Below, one piece after another: positions 18,120 to 28,011 of a stretch of 64,000 nucleotides of DNA. Within the stretch, counting starts at the first letter, position 1, and each line of letters begins with the position of its first letter. A program made the position numbers and the translations under genes. Source of the stretch: an uncultured Thermoplasmata archaeon (lineage in GTDB: Archaea; Thermoplasmatota; Poseidoniia; MGIII; CG-Epi1); contig CAXEHI010000031.1 of NCBI GenBank assembly GCA_963996465.1, positions 12,957 to 76,956 on the forward strand, written 5' to 3'. The notes under the pieces were generated by a model. That model worked only from the letters and a program-made list of their open reading frames with translations, did no database searches and had not been told where the DNA came from.

Positions 18120-18687
18120 ACACTCCCTTTGAACCGTAAGGAACTGTTATATTTTTATCTATTTTTGCAAAATAAAAATCGGAGTTGTCGAGTATTAAAT
18201 TTGGTAATGAAGGAGGATTGCTACCCAAAATAGTTATTAAAAATCTATTGATATTCATATTTTGTAAACGATTTATTAAATCGATTAAGGACATATTGGA
18301 AAAATCCTTATTTTTGGCGTAAACTGAATCTGTGTAATCGATGCCTATAATCAAATTTTCAGCAAAATCTAAAGCTATACTTAATTCATCAAAGCCATTT
18401 AAATTTCTTAAGGAAAGGATTACTTCACCCCTATCTGCCATTATACAATCAATTATATCTTCGCCGTAAAAAGAACCCGAATCAACGAAAACGGTTCTTT
18501 TAGGATTTAAAGGTAAAGTGGATGGGTCTGGGCGATTTTTGATGATGCCTCGCATATCCCATATTAGTAATGGGTCGTCGCCTTCAGGTATGATAAAAGT
18601 TTCTCCGTGTTTAAAATCGAAGCGATTTTCTGAAAAATCTAAAGTGGCTGATTTGCCATTATTGTAAGCTATCCAAGGCCATGACAT
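18106..18687 (-). CDS. Hypothetical protein (193 aa)
   Basis: Coding-like ORF in an operon with tiaS. No confident family assignment (possibly an alpha/beta-barrel-like enzyme, but unsupported). Confidence 0.4.
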   Translation of the reverse strand: MSWPWIAYNNGKSATLDFSENRFDFKHGETFIIPEGDDPLLIWDMRGIIKNRPDPSTLPLNPKRTVFVDSGSFYGEDIIDCIMADRGEVILSLRNLNGFDELSIALDFAENLIIGIDYTDSVYAKNKDFSNMSLIDLINRLQNMNINRFLITILGSNPPSLPNLILDNSDFYFAKIDKNITVPYGSKGVFELV

Positions 18688-18727
18688 GTAAAGATAATTA
18701 CGAACTCTAATTTATTGTTAACTTATG

Positions 18728-19135
18728 CTACAAATCTAGAATAAAAACTATGCGAGAAGGTGGTCCAACCGTTATTTCTAGATTGTGATAGCTAATAGCT
18801 TTGACTTCTACGCCATACCCGTGTTCTTCAGGAGAATAGTTATCGCCAGATAAAGAAATAGAAGCTTCGGAGTTCGAAAGTGTTATCTGCGCTTTGCCCG
18901 GAAGAAAATTTTTTGAATCGAATAAAACGAGTAATTCATTTAAAATATCAACGAGTAAATGGCTTGTATCAGAATAAGATATTTTGAAATTTATCGTCTT
19001 TGAAGAATTTACTAGATTTCCACCAGTTATAATTTCAGTTAACGCTAAGCAAGCTTCGGAAAGCGCCTCTGTAAAACTATCTGAATTTACTTCGATTCCA
19101 ACATCTGCCGTATGCTCTAGTTGCTCTCTCAACAA
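18728..19135 (-). CDS. Archease (RtcB tRNA-ligase cofactor)
   Basis: The N-terminal LEHTADVGIEV matches the archease signature (..EHTAD.G..). 135 aa is the typical size. Confidence 0.7.
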   Translation of the reverse strand: MLREQLEHTADVGIEVNSDSFTEALSEACLALTEIITGGNLVNSSKTINFKISYSDTSHLLVDILNELLVLFDSKNFLPGKAQITLSNSEASISLSGDNYSPEEHGYGVEVKAISYHNLEITVGPPSRIVFILDL

Positions 19136-19188
19136 ATAACATAGACGTGGCTAAGATATAAGAGAAACTATTGCAAACAAACGAAGAT

Positions 19189-19266
19189 TGGTAGCGGGGG
19201 GTGGATTTGAACCACCGATCTCCGGGTTATGAGCCCGACGGGATTTCCTAGCTACCCCACCCCGCT
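19189..19266 (-). tRNA. Initiator tRNA-Met (CAU) with encoded CCA
   Basis: The reverse complement is AGCGGGG-UG-GGGUAGCUAGGAAAUCCC-G-UCGGG-CUCAUAA-CCCGG-AGAUC-GGUGG-UUCAAAU-CCACC-CCCCGCU-A-CCA. A1:U72 and three consecutive G:C pairs at 29-31:39-41 are the archaeal initiator hallmarks. Confidence 0.8.
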
Positions 19267-19338
19267 TCGTTATAGAACTTAACAGCTTTGTTAAGAAGCT
19301 TTGGTGAATAAAATAAAAAAAATAAGAATGATGATAAC

Positions 19339-21498
19339 TTATCTTCTCATTATAGTATAACGGAAAACTATGGCTGCGACTACTAAACCTAATAAAACAA
19401 AAGGTATTGCGGTAGTCAATGAAACAGAAGGAGTAAAGGAATCATCAGAATCTGGATTTGGGTTTGGATTTTCCATAATCTCAACAGTATATATTAAGGA
19501 ATTATCATCTTCGAAGGGCCCTTCGTCTATGTTAAAACCGGTATCGACTTTAATTTGTAAAGATTGGGTTCCTGCGCTTGGAATTGCCCAAGTTAAAATA
19601 ACTTCAGTCTCACTAAAACCTGAAATGCCAGAAACTAATTGTGTATCTTCAACTCTAGCTCCGAAGAATAATTGTACTTGAAAAGAACCTGAAGATTTAC
19701 CGCCTGTATTATGTATTGTTACAGTAAATTCTAAAGGCAATCCTTGAACTGGAGGAGATGGATTCAAACTAATATCTTGAGAACTAATAGCAAGATTGAC
19801 TATTTCTTCGGGTGGAATTTCAATAACAAAGGAAGAATCAGCTGCTTCGAAAAAAACCCGACCGTTCGAATTAGAAGAAATTACTTTTAGATAAAAAGAA
19901 GCAGAATCGTCATGTTCTGCATTTTTAATATCGATAACTAATTCTAAATTGGCTGTTTGATCTTCATCTATAGTGAGAAGATCAGTATAACTACCTCCTG
20001 AAACGTCATAAACAGAAATTGACCAACCACCCCCTACTGAGGTTGAAAAGGAGTAAGTATCTGCACCATTTCCTGTATTCTTAACACTGAAAGGATAATG
20101 AAATAAATTGTTTTCTAGATTATAAGGATTAATGGGTATAGAATTGGGGAATGTAGAAGGTGTAACTTGGATGCCCGTTTCTCGAACAGATAAAGAATAA
20201 TCTATATCTGCAGTTTCAGAAGGATTGCCTCCAGATATCACAGATATAGTGATAGTAGTAGATTCCCCACCAGATGCACTAGAAGGTGAAGAAACAAAAA
20301 TTGAAATGAGTTCTGAATCCCCTTGATCCAATTCTATAGTTCTAGAGCCATCGACATCAATATTCCACCCAGAAGATGAGCTGTCTGTTTCTAAATCTAC
20401 AATATCGAAACTATTACCGTTATTGATTACAGATACGTCGAAACTAATTTCAGAACCTGGATTCATAACGAATGTTCGTTCATTATCTTCACTAGTTATA
20501 TCTACCGAAAAAATATCCACTAAAAGATAGTAATTAGTAACAAAAGACCAATCTTTATTAGAGATACTATCTTCTGCAGTGATTACCAAAGTGTAATTTT
20601 TCTCAAGGGCGTTATCGTCTTGATAGTACCAATTTGCACTCAAGATGGTACGAGAACTGCCGCTTGATTTTGCATCGAAACTGTTTCGGAAAGAAGGTGA
20701 ACTAAAATCAGAAATTGAGATTGTGCCACTTTCAGCATCTGTATAGCTAGCTCCAAATGAGTTGTGTATAAAGAAAGATAACTGAAGATTATCTTCGCCA
20801 AAGTCATCAACGCGTTCATTTTCCATACTGTCGATTTCAAAAAACATGTAAGAAATATCGACTTGCATTTTAGAATTCAGACTTGAACTATCCCAGAGAA
20901 CGGAAGCTTCTCTTGGATTTGCTTCTCCAGACCAAGTAGTATTAGTCCAAGTAATGCTACTTTCCAACTCGATGCCTAAACGAGATATACTTTCATAATC
21001 ATCTGGAATGACTTCGGGATTAACGTAAAATGTTCCAGATATGAGATACTCCCCCTCTAAACTTCCACCAGGTGGTGCAGTTTCTTCTATTTCAACGGTT
21101 GCCAATTCAGTATATCCGTTATTTATGTAAATGTAAATTATAGCCCTAAGGCGGAATTCATCTACTTTGCTTGAAGATACCCAAATATCGAATGACCCCT
21201 CTTCGCCTGTAAAAATTACTCCTTTATTATAAGCAAAATTTGATTCCCAAGAGGCCACATCATAATATTTGTATTCCCCATTAGTAGCATTTGGATATTC
21301 TTGATCTTCTGCATTATTACATGCTTTATTTCTAGATGCAGAAGAAGGTTGATCTGGATTTAAATTTCCTGTATTCAAAGCGAGATTACCTTCTAAAAAT
21401 AAATCAACGGATTCGGATTCTGCATTATCTGTAATTAGTAAAACAGAAAAAAATGCTATGCAAAAAAGAACAGCTCCGAAATACTTCGTCTTTTTCAT
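19339..21498 (-). CDS. Large secreted cell-surface protein (719 aa), signal peptide and C-terminal TM anchor
   Basis: N-terminal signal peptide (MKKTKYFGAVLFCIAFFSVLLI). Ser/Thr/Asn-rich beta-rich body with many N-glycosylation sequons. C-terminal hydrophobic helix followed by RYTIMRR. Confidence 0.6.
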   Translation of the reverse strand: MKKTKYFGAVLFCIAFFSVLLITDNAESESVDLFLEGNLALNTGNLNPDQPSSASRNKACNNAEDQEYPNATNGEYKYYDVASWESNFAYNKGVIFTGEEGSFDIWVSSSKVDEFRLRAIIYIYINNGYTELATVEIEETAPPGGSLEGEYLISGTFYVNPEVIPDDYESISRLGIELESSITWTNTTWSGEANPREASVLWDSSSLNSKMQVDISYMFFEIDSMENERVDDFGEDNLQLSFFIHNSFGASYTDAESGTISISDFSSPSFRNSFDAKSSGSSRTILSANWYYQDDNALEKNYTLVITAEDSISNKDWSFVTNYYLLVDIFSVDITSEDNERTFVMNPGSEISFDVSVINNGNSFDIVDLETDSSSSGWNIDVDGSRTIELDQGDSELISIFVSSPSSASGGESTTITISVISGGNPSETADIDYSLSVRETGIQVTPSTFPNSIPINPYNLENNLFHYPFSVKNTGNGADTYSFSTSVGGGWSISVYDVSGGSYTDLLTIDEDQTANLELVIDIKNAEHDDSASFYLKVISSNSNGRVFFEAADSSFVIEIPPEEIVNLAISSQDISLNPSPPVQGLPLEFTVTIHNTGGKSSGSFQVQLFFGARVEDTQLVSGISGFSETEVILTWAIPSAGTQSLQIKVDTGFNIDEGPFEDDNSLIYTVEIMENPNPNPDSDDSFTPSVSLTTAIPFVLLGLVVAAIVFRYTIMRR

Positions 21499-21570
21499 GA
21501 CTTAACTGTTTCCTTATTATCCGTTAATAAAGTTATCCTTATACAGAAATCAACTAAGAAATAATGAATA

Positions 21571-22803
21571 TTACAAAGTAGGAGGAAAAATTGAGACTCC
21601 TCCATTCTCTTCCTGCAATACGCCATCTTTAGCTATTATTTGACCGCGTCTAAAAACTCTTGAAGGGAATATAGCATCCCAATTCTCAAACGGCGTCCAA
21701 TTAGCTTTAGAATGAAGATTTTCCAAAGATATTTTTGTTTTATTTTTTAAATCTACTGTAATTATATCGGCAGGATTGCCTGGAATTAATTTTCCTCTTT
21801 GAATGCCCAATCTTTCAGCTGGTTTTTCTGCCATTGCACTTACTAATCTATCAAGAGATAATCTATCTTCTGCCACTTCATTCAACATCAAAGGAATCAT
21901 AGTTTCTACACCTGGAATTCCAGAAGGTGGATCTGAGCTTACCTTCTCTGACATTAAATGTGGAGCGTGGTCGCTTGCTAAAATATCGATTTTTCCATTT
22001 CTTAATGCATTGTAAAGAGCTGTGTTGTCATTTCTTTCTCGTAAAGGCGGGTCGACTTTGCATTCGATACCAAGTTCGCAACTTAAATTGAGTAAAAGAT
22101 GATGGGGGCAAACCTCAGAGGTGGCCTGTGATGGCAATACATTCAAACCTTCTTGAGTAGAGAGATGGGCTACATGTAAAGAGCTTGAATTGGGCATTCC
22201 TTCCAAGCATAGTTTTTCTGCATTTGATCTATTATGAGTATGATCAGATAAAGCTGAAAGTGTTTCGTAAGAAATATGGTCTGGGTGTTCGCCATGTATA
22301 ACTATGGGGCGTGAGCTGTTACTTATTACTTCATTTACAGTTGATTGATATTCTGGCCAACTGAAATTATATGGATATAGCTTCCAAAAAGCAGGATAGG
22401 TTTTTGTGAACCAAGATTCTTTACTGATTCCAGGATAGGCATAGAACCCTAGACCGAAATCGACTACCGAATTCGATAAGGCCCGATTATTTTTATCTGT
22501 AAAATTAGTAGGGCTATTAGTTAGAGGGGTTGTATTGGGCATATCAACAACAGCAGTCACACCGCCACACGCTGCGGCTGCTGAGCCGGTAGCCCAAACT
22601 TCTTTTTCGGGATTACCGGGGTCTCTGAAATGTACATGCATATCTGTAGCTGCCGGCAGAATGACATCGGAAGTGGTTGTATGTTCATCGCCCTTTAGAA
22701 TTTTTTTAACTGCACCTATGTAACCATCATCATTGATGCCGACACAAGCATTAGTTAGACCTTGTCCTGTAATCCATACCTTGCCTTCGAGTACTTTCAT
22801 CAA
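21571..22803 (-). CDS. pyrC: Dihydroorotase (PyrC)
   Basis: DMHVHFRDPG metal-binding motif and downstream TAVVDMPNTTP. Amidohydrolase fold, 410 aa. Confidence 0.8.
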   Translation of the reverse strand: MMKVLEGKVWITGQGLTNACVGINDDGYIGAVKKILKGDEHTTTSDVILPAATDMHVHFRDPGNPEKEVWATGSAAAACGGVTAVVDMPNTTPLTNSPTNFTDKNNRALSNSVVDFGLGFYAYPGISKESWFTKTYPAFWKLYPYNFSWPEYQSTVNEVISNSSRPIVIHGEHPDHISYETLSALSDHTHNRSNAEKLCLEGMPNSSSLHVAHLSTQEGLNVLPSQATSEVCPHHLLLNLSCELGIECKVDPPLRERNDNTALYNALRNGKIDILASDHAPHLMSEKVSSDPPSGIPGVETMIPLMLNEVAEDRLSLDRLVSAMAEKPAERLGIQRGKLIPGNPADIITVDLKNKTKISLENLHSKANWTPFENWDAIFPSRVFRRGQIIAKDGVLQEENGGVSIFPPTL

Positions 22804-24350
22804 TCCTCTACGATTACCACTATAGCTTTCGTGTATAAAGCCTCATTGCGTCCGGAAACTTTAATTTTAATTGTATAAGAATCATCAATAGCCTCTTCTG
22901 GAACTGTCACTACTAACGTGAGATTGGAATAATCAGAAGCTGATAGATTCAAGGAATAAATATTAGTTTCATTATCGAAATAGAAAACATCACTTGAAAA
23001 ATTTGAATCGGAAGCTAAAAGAGTATCATTTACAGACCAAATTGTAAAGCTAGATAAAGAAACAGACCAAGATTCATTATGAACAAAGCTGAGTGATAAA
23101 TTATCTGTGACTGTACCTGTATTGTTCAGCCAAACTATCATTTCGAAAGAAGCATTGGAAGCGGTAGTAAATTCGGAATCGGAAGATTCTATACTTATAT
23201 CAAATGGACTTTCTCCCACCATGAGTGGTGAAGGGACGAAGCATACAATCAACATCAATACGGAAAAAGCACCTACTATCTTTCTATTAAAATCTAAAGG
23301 TGTGATTTCTTCAGAAGGGGGAGGATGAAGTATCCCCATAAAAAAAATTAAGACTCCAAAAATTAACCAACCAAAATATGGATCGACTATACCTGGAATA
23401 CCTACAAATCCTAAGAAAAACAACATCGACATTGTGAGATAAGAAAAATATTTGGATTTGTTTCCTAGGAGTGCACGTGATATATGCCCTCCATCTAATT
23501 GACCTGCTGGGAATAAATTAATTGCTGTAACTAGAAAGCCAGCCCATCCTGCAAATGCTACTGGATGGGTCAAATATGCACCTGAAAGTGGCATTATTTT
23601 AACGGCAACCCATATCAGAGCAGACCAAATTATAGGAGTTCCTAAGTAGTAAACACTTCCAGTATCTTCAGGTACTGGAGCTTTTACCATTTCAGTTAAT
23701 AAAAAGCCGAGAAGCGTGATTGGTATAGCGATTATAAATCCTGCAATTGGACCACTGACACCGACATCGAAAAGAGCTTTACGATTAGGTATTGGTTCAC
23801 GTATTGATATCATGGCACCCATAGTGCCCAACAAAAATGGAGGAGGGAATGGTATGAAGAATGGTAATGAAGAATCTAGATTGTGTTTTTTAGCATAGAA
23901 ATAATGAGCGAATTCGTGCACACCCAATATTGTCAATAGTGGAATTGAAAATGTCAAAAATCCCATTAATAGAAGTCTAGGTTCGAGAAAAATTGTGAAT
24001 AGAAACCAACTTGACTCCGATTCGTAGTTAGAATAGCCAGCATACATGAGAGCCCCGGCCCACATAGTGGTAAAAACTGTAGCGAGGAAAAGATAAACAT
24101 TAGTTCGTTGACTCTTGAAGGATTGATTCGGTTTTGGAAGTAAAATTAAAAGAGCCTCTCCACCAACCTCCCTTACAATTGGAGAAAAGCGTTCTGGAAA
24201 ACTTTTGGATTTTAATTCGATTCTTAAATCTTCAAATTTAGATTCAAAATCATCTGGTAGTGCTATATGAAATATATGAGAAAGGCCATCATGTTTGTAA
24301 TCTTTGATTGACCACCCTTTTGACTTTAAAAAGGAATTCAGTTCTTCCAT
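22800..24350 (-). CDS. M50-family (site-2 protease-like) membrane metalloprotease with large C-terminal extracytoplasmic domain
   Basis: HExxH in a TM helix ([13 protein letters not shown]). Multiple TM helices. The C-terminal domain of about 150 aa is beta-rich and carries NxT/S sequons. Confidence 0.65.
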   Translation of the reverse strand: MEELNSFLKSKGWSIKDYKHDGLSHIFHIALPDDFESKFEDLRIELKSKSFPERFSPIVREVGGEALLILLPKPNQSFKSQRTNVYLFLATVFTTMWAGALMYAGYSNYESESSWFLFTIFLEPRLLLMGFLTFSIPLLTILGVHEFAHYFYAKKHNLDSSLPFFIPFPPPFLLGTMGAMISIREPIPNRKALFDVGVSGPIAGFIIAIPITLLGFLLTEMVKAPVPEDTGSVYYLGTPIIWSALIWVAVKIMPLSGAYLTHPVAFAGWAGFLVTAINLFPAGQLDGGHISRALLGNKSKYFSYLTMSMLFFLGFVGIPGIVDPYFGWLIFGVLIFFMGILHPPPSEEITPLDFNRKIVGAFSVLMLIVCFVPSPLMVGESPFDISIESSDSEFTTASNASFEMIVWLNNTGTVTDNLSLSFVHNESWSVSLSSFTIWSVNDTLLASDSNFSSDVFYFDNETNIYSLNLSASDYSNLTLVVTVPEEAIDDSYTIKIKVSGRNEALYTKAIVVIVED

Positions 24351-24415
24351 TGTAATTGTATTGCTAATTGCGAGGTATAAACTATTTGGTGTACAATTGC
24401 TTAAACTTCAGGCGA

Positions 24416-24424
24416 ATTTTTATA
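24416..24424 (+). promoter_or_regulatory. Candidate TATA box for tfb (TTTTTATAA)
   Basis: AT-rich TATA-like octamer about 40 nt upstream of the tfb ATG. A second TATA-like GTATAAACT lies at about 24378. Unverified. Confidence 0.2.
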
Positions 24425-24462
24425 ACCGTTTTCCAATTGGGTATTCTGTTGAGGTTCAACTT

Positions 24463-25413
24463 ATGACTAAACCTGAAATTTCTAAAGATATAGAACTAGA
24501 AGAACAAATTAAATGCACAGAATGTAGATCGGAACATTTAGTAAGAGATTACCAAAGAGGCGAGTTGACTTGTAGAACTTGCGGTTTAGTGATTGATGAG
24601 AATCAAATAGATCAAGGACCTGAATGGCGTGCATTTGATGCTGAACAAAATGAGAGACGAGCTAGAGGTGGTTCACCTATGAATCCTCTAGTTCATGATA
24701 AAGGATTGTCAACAGATATAGCTTGGAGTAATAGAGATTCATATGGAAATGTAGTCCCATCAAAAAACCGTTCACAACTATACAGAATGAGAAAATGGCA
24801 AAATAGAACTAGAGCTAATAATTCTGCAGATAGAAATTTAGCATTGGCATTAAATGAATTAAATAGATTGGCTTCTAAAATTGGATTACAGCGACAAGTA
24901 AGAGAAACTGCTGCTATGCTTTATAGAAAGGCTGTGCAGAAAAATCTGGTTAGAGGTAGATCAATTGAGGGTGTGGCTGCTGCGACGCTTTATGGGGCAT
25001 GTAGACAATGTGAAGTTCCTAGAACGCTTGACGAAATAACTAAAGCATCTAACGCAACTAAAAAGGAAGTTGGAAGAACGTACAGATACATATCGAGAGA
25101 ATTGGGATTGAATCTAATGCCAGCATCTCCTGTTTCATACATAACTAGATATTCTCGTGAACTTGGATTATCTGGTAGAGTAGAAGATGCAGCAATAAAA
25201 ATACTTCAAGAAGCTACTGAATCTGAATTGACTTCAGGAAGAGGACCAACTGGAGTTGCGGCTGCTGCGATATATTTAGCATCTGTAGTTTATAATCAAC
25301 GCAAAACTCAGAAAGCTATAGCGGACACGGTAGGGGTTACCGAAGTTACAATAAGAAATAGATACAAAGAATTAACAGAATATCTGAGTATCACTGCTGC
25401 TGTAGCAGCTTGA
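24463..25413 (+). CDS. tfb: Transcription initiation factor IIB (TFB)
   Basis: N-terminal zinc ribbon ([24 protein letters not shown]), B-reader/linker and two cyclin-fold repeats. I start at the ATG at 24463 (MTKPEIS...); the longer track ORF overlaps the upstream M50 gene. Confidence 0.85.
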   Translation: MTKPEISKDIELEEQIKCTECRSEHLVRDYQRGELTCRTCGLVIDENQIDQGPEWRAFDAEQNERRARGGSPMNPLVHDKGLSTDIAWSNRDSYGNVVPSKNRSQLYRMRKWQNRTRANNSADRNLALALNELNRLASKIGLQRQVRETAAMLYRKAVQKNLVRGRSIEGVAAATLYGACRQCEVPRTLDEITKASNATKKEVGRTYRYISRELGLNLMPASPVSYITRYSRELGLSGRVEDAAIKILQEATESELTSGRGPTGVAAAAIYLASVVYNQRKTQKAIADTVGVTEVTIRNRYKELTEYLSITAAVAA

Positions 25414-25422
25414 AGGTACATA

Positions 25423-26445
25423 TTGAAATTTCGAAAGAACGACACGAATAGTCGAAAGGTTTGGTTACAGCATCCCGATGATTTATATTATTTAAATCTG
25501 ATAATTGAGAATGAAGATACGGTGACGGCTTTTACAGAACGAAGAGAATCTAAACAAGCAGACAAAATAAGATCTGAAAGAGGGGTAAAAAAGAAGATGA
25601 ATTTAACTATAAAAGTTGAAGATAAAGAATATCAGAACTTTGATCAAAGATTCAGATGTCATGGAAAAATAATAGAAGGCGTGCAAGATGTTGGGAACTA
25701 TCATTCATTGATACTTAAAGCAGGAGATGATTTTGTTCTCGGAAAAAAAGCGTGGATGCCACACCATGAAAGGATGTTTGTAAAAGCCAAAAAGGCATCA
25801 TTTAGAGCTATAGCAATAAATGTGGAAACGGACGCAATAGTATTTGCAGAATTAAGAACGTTCGGACTTAGGGAATTAAAAACTATTAACAGAGCTGGTG
25901 GGGGAAAAAGAAAGGGTGGTGAAACTCAGAAATCATTCTTTGAAAGAGGTGTTGAACAGTTAAAGGAAATTTATAGTTCCGGAGAAACTTTGATAATATT
26001 GGGGCCTGGATTTCCAAAAGAAGATTTCATAAGAGTGTGTAAAGAAAAGGATTCTGAATTGTTTAATAGATATCAAACTGACACAGTTGGTCAGGGCGGT
26101 ATGAATGGAATTAACGAAGCACTTAAAAGTGGTAAAATAACAAATAAAATGGAAACGATAGAATTGGAAAAAGAATTGACGATAATGGAAGAATTAAAAA
26201 CATCAATTTACAAAGATTTTGCAACATATGGGTGGAATGAAGTTAAAGATAAAATAGAGAATGGTTCTGTTGAAAAGGTCATAATGTTAGATACGGAAAT
26301 ACATCAAAAAAAGGGAATTAAAATGCTTGCATTGTGTGAAAGAAATAGAATTGAAATTGTGGAAATATCCAACCATCATGAAGGAGGGCAGATGTTAGAA
26401 GGACTAGGAAAAGTGGCTTGTTTACTAAGATACAAGGCAGGATAG
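25423..26445 (+). CDS. Pelota / Dom34 ribosome-rescue factor
   Basis: 340 aa. eRF1-like three-domain pattern with the typical Pelota N-terminus (MKFRKNDTN..VWLQHPDDLYYL). Confidence 0.8.
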   Translation: MKFRKNDTNSRKVWLQHPDDLYYLNLIIENEDTVTAFTERRESKQADKIRSERGVKKKMNLTIKVEDKEYQNFDQRFRCHGKIIEGVQDVGNYHSLILKAGDDFVLGKKAWMPHHERMFVKAKKASFRAIAINVETDAIVFAELRTFGLRELKTINRAGGGKRKGGETQKSFFERGVEQLKEIYSSGETLIILGPGFPKEDFIRVCKEKDSELFNRYQTDTVGQGGMNGINEALKSGKITNKMETIELEKELTIMEELKTSIYKDFATYGWNEVKDKIENGSVEKVIMLDTEIHQKKGIKMLALCERNRIEIVEISNHHEGGQMLEGLGKVACLLRYKAG

Positions 26446-26477
26446 TTTCTTTTATTGGCATTGTTATTTTAGATATT

Positions 26478-26825
26478 ATGATACCGGGCATGGGAAGAAT
26501 GAATCCGCGGATGATGAAGAAGCTTCAGAAACAATTAGAAAAGGCCACTGAAGAGATAGATGCGACCAAAGTAACCATTGAAACCCCAGAAAAAACATTA
26601 GTCTTTGACCGGCCATCTGTAACTATCATGGATATGATGGGGCAAAAAACATACCAAGTAGTTGGGGAACCTAATGAAGTAGAAAATGAAGATGAGGGAA
26701 TACCTGAAGAAGACATAGAATTAGTGATGTCCCAAACTAGCGTTTCAAGAGAGAAAGCAATCTCAACTCTAGAAGAATGTGATGGGGAACCTGCAGAAGC
26801 CATAATCAAATTGGTAGGTGAATAA
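26478..26825 (+). CDS. nac: Nascent polypeptide-associated complex (NAC) alpha subunit
   Basis: NAC domain (..KVTIETPEKTLVFDRPSVTIMDMMGQKTYQVVGEP) plus C-terminal UBA-like domain (ISREKAISTLEECDGEPAEAIIKLV). I start at the ATG at 26478 (MIPGMGRMNPRMMKKLQ) rather than the track start, which would overlap Pelota. Confidence 0.75.
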   Translation: MIPGMGRMNPRMMKKLQKQLEKATEEIDATKVTIETPEKTLVFDRPSVTIMDMMGQKTYQVVGEPNEVENEDEGIPEEDIELVMSQTSVSREKAISTLEECDGEPAEAIIKLVGE

Positions 26826-27997
26826 TGGATTTTAGAGAAACAGAAGAACAGAAAATGATAAGAGAAACTATACGTGAATTCTCTGAAACTGAAGTTTTGA
26901 AAACTGCCATGAAAAGAGATGAAGAGCAAATTCCACCTATTGAAGAATTCAAAAAATTGGCAGAATTGGGATTTGCTGGTATGACTATTTCTGAAAAATA
27001 TGGTGGGCAAAAAATAGATGATATATCTGAAGCTATAGTAATAGAAGAGCTCTCTAGAGTTGATCCATCATTGGGAGTTTTTCTTGCTGTGCACGTTGGA
27101 TTGTCTGCAATGACAATTGCACTTCATGGAACAGAGGAACAGAAAAAGAAGTACCTGCCAAGAATGGCAACTGGAGAATGTATTGGTGCGTATTCACTAA
27201 GTGAAGCTAGTTCTGGAACGGATGCAGCGGCTATGACTGCAAAGGCAGATTTAGAAAATGAGGATTTTATTTTGAACGGTGAAAAAATGTGGGTAACTAA
27301 TGGAGCATCGGCAGATATTTTTGTTTTATTTGCTAAACATGTGGGTGATGCTGAATATGGTAAAAAGAAACATGGAGGAATAACTGCATTTATAGTTGAA
27401 AAAGAGTTTGATGGATTTTCAGTTGGTAAAAAAGAAGATAAACTTGGAATTCGATCATCTGATACTTGTACACTCTTAATGAAAAACTGTAAAGTGCCTA
27501 AAGAAAACGTATTGGGTGAGGTTGGAAAGGGCTTCTCAATTGCTATGAATGCTCTTGATAATTCTAGAGTTGGAATTGCTGCTCAAGCATTGGGAATTGC
27601 TCAGGGGGCGTATGAATCTGCATTGAAATATTCTAAAGAGAGAGAAACGTTTGGAAAGATGATACTTGAACATCAAACAATAGGAAATTATTTAGCAGAT
27701 ATGGCGAATAAAATTGATGCAGCGAGACTACAAGTGTACAGAGCTGCTTGGGCTAAACAGAAGCACTACGAAGAAGGAATGCCTAGACATACATTAGAAG
27801 CTTCAATGGCGAAACTGAGTGCTGGCGATACCGCTATGTGGGTGGCTGATCGTGCAGTTCAGATATTAGGTGGGTATGGATACACAAAAGAATTTCCTGT
27901 TGAAAGATTTTTCAGAGATGCTAAAATAACACAAATATATGAAGGTACGCAAGAAGTACAAAGATTAGTTATAGCCAGAGAAATAGGCAAGAGATAA
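26825..27997 (+). CDS. Acyl-CoA dehydrogenase
   Basis: 390 aa. ACAD N-, middle- and C-terminal domains, with YEGTQEVQRLVIAREI near the C-terminus (catalytic Glu region). Confidence 0.85.
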   Translation: MDFRETEEQKMIRETIREFSETEVLKTAMKRDEEQIPPIEEFKKLAELGFAGMTISEKYGGQKIDDISEAIVIEELSRVDPSLGVFLAVHVGLSAMTIALHGTEEQKKKYLPRMATGECIGAYSLSEASSGTDAAAMTAKADLENEDFILNGEKMWVTNGASADIFVLFAKHVGDAEYGKKKHGGITAFIVEKEFDGFSVGKKEDKLGIRSSDTCTLLMKNCKVPKENVLGEVGKGFSIAMNALDNSRVGIAAQALGIAQGAYESALKYSKERETFGKMILEHQTIGNYLADMANKIDAARLQVYRAAWAKQKHYEEGMPRHTLEASMAKLSAGDTAMWVADRAVQILGGYGYTKEFPVERFFRDAKITQIYEGTQEVQRLVIAREIGKR

Positions 27998-28011
27998 AGA
28001 GTGAGTGAAAA

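Noticed and set aside
18106-18687. 193-aa protein as a HisA/HisF-like TIM-barrel enzyme
   Set aside because: Only a vague resemblance. The catalytic Asp positions and C-terminal phosphate-binding GG motifs are absent, so it is left as hypothetical.
24304-24462. Long N-terminal extension of TFB in the track ORF
   Set aside because: The extension overlaps the upstream M50 gene and has no similarity to TFB. The conserved zinc ribbon begins right after the ATG at 24463, which also has a TATA-like element upstream.
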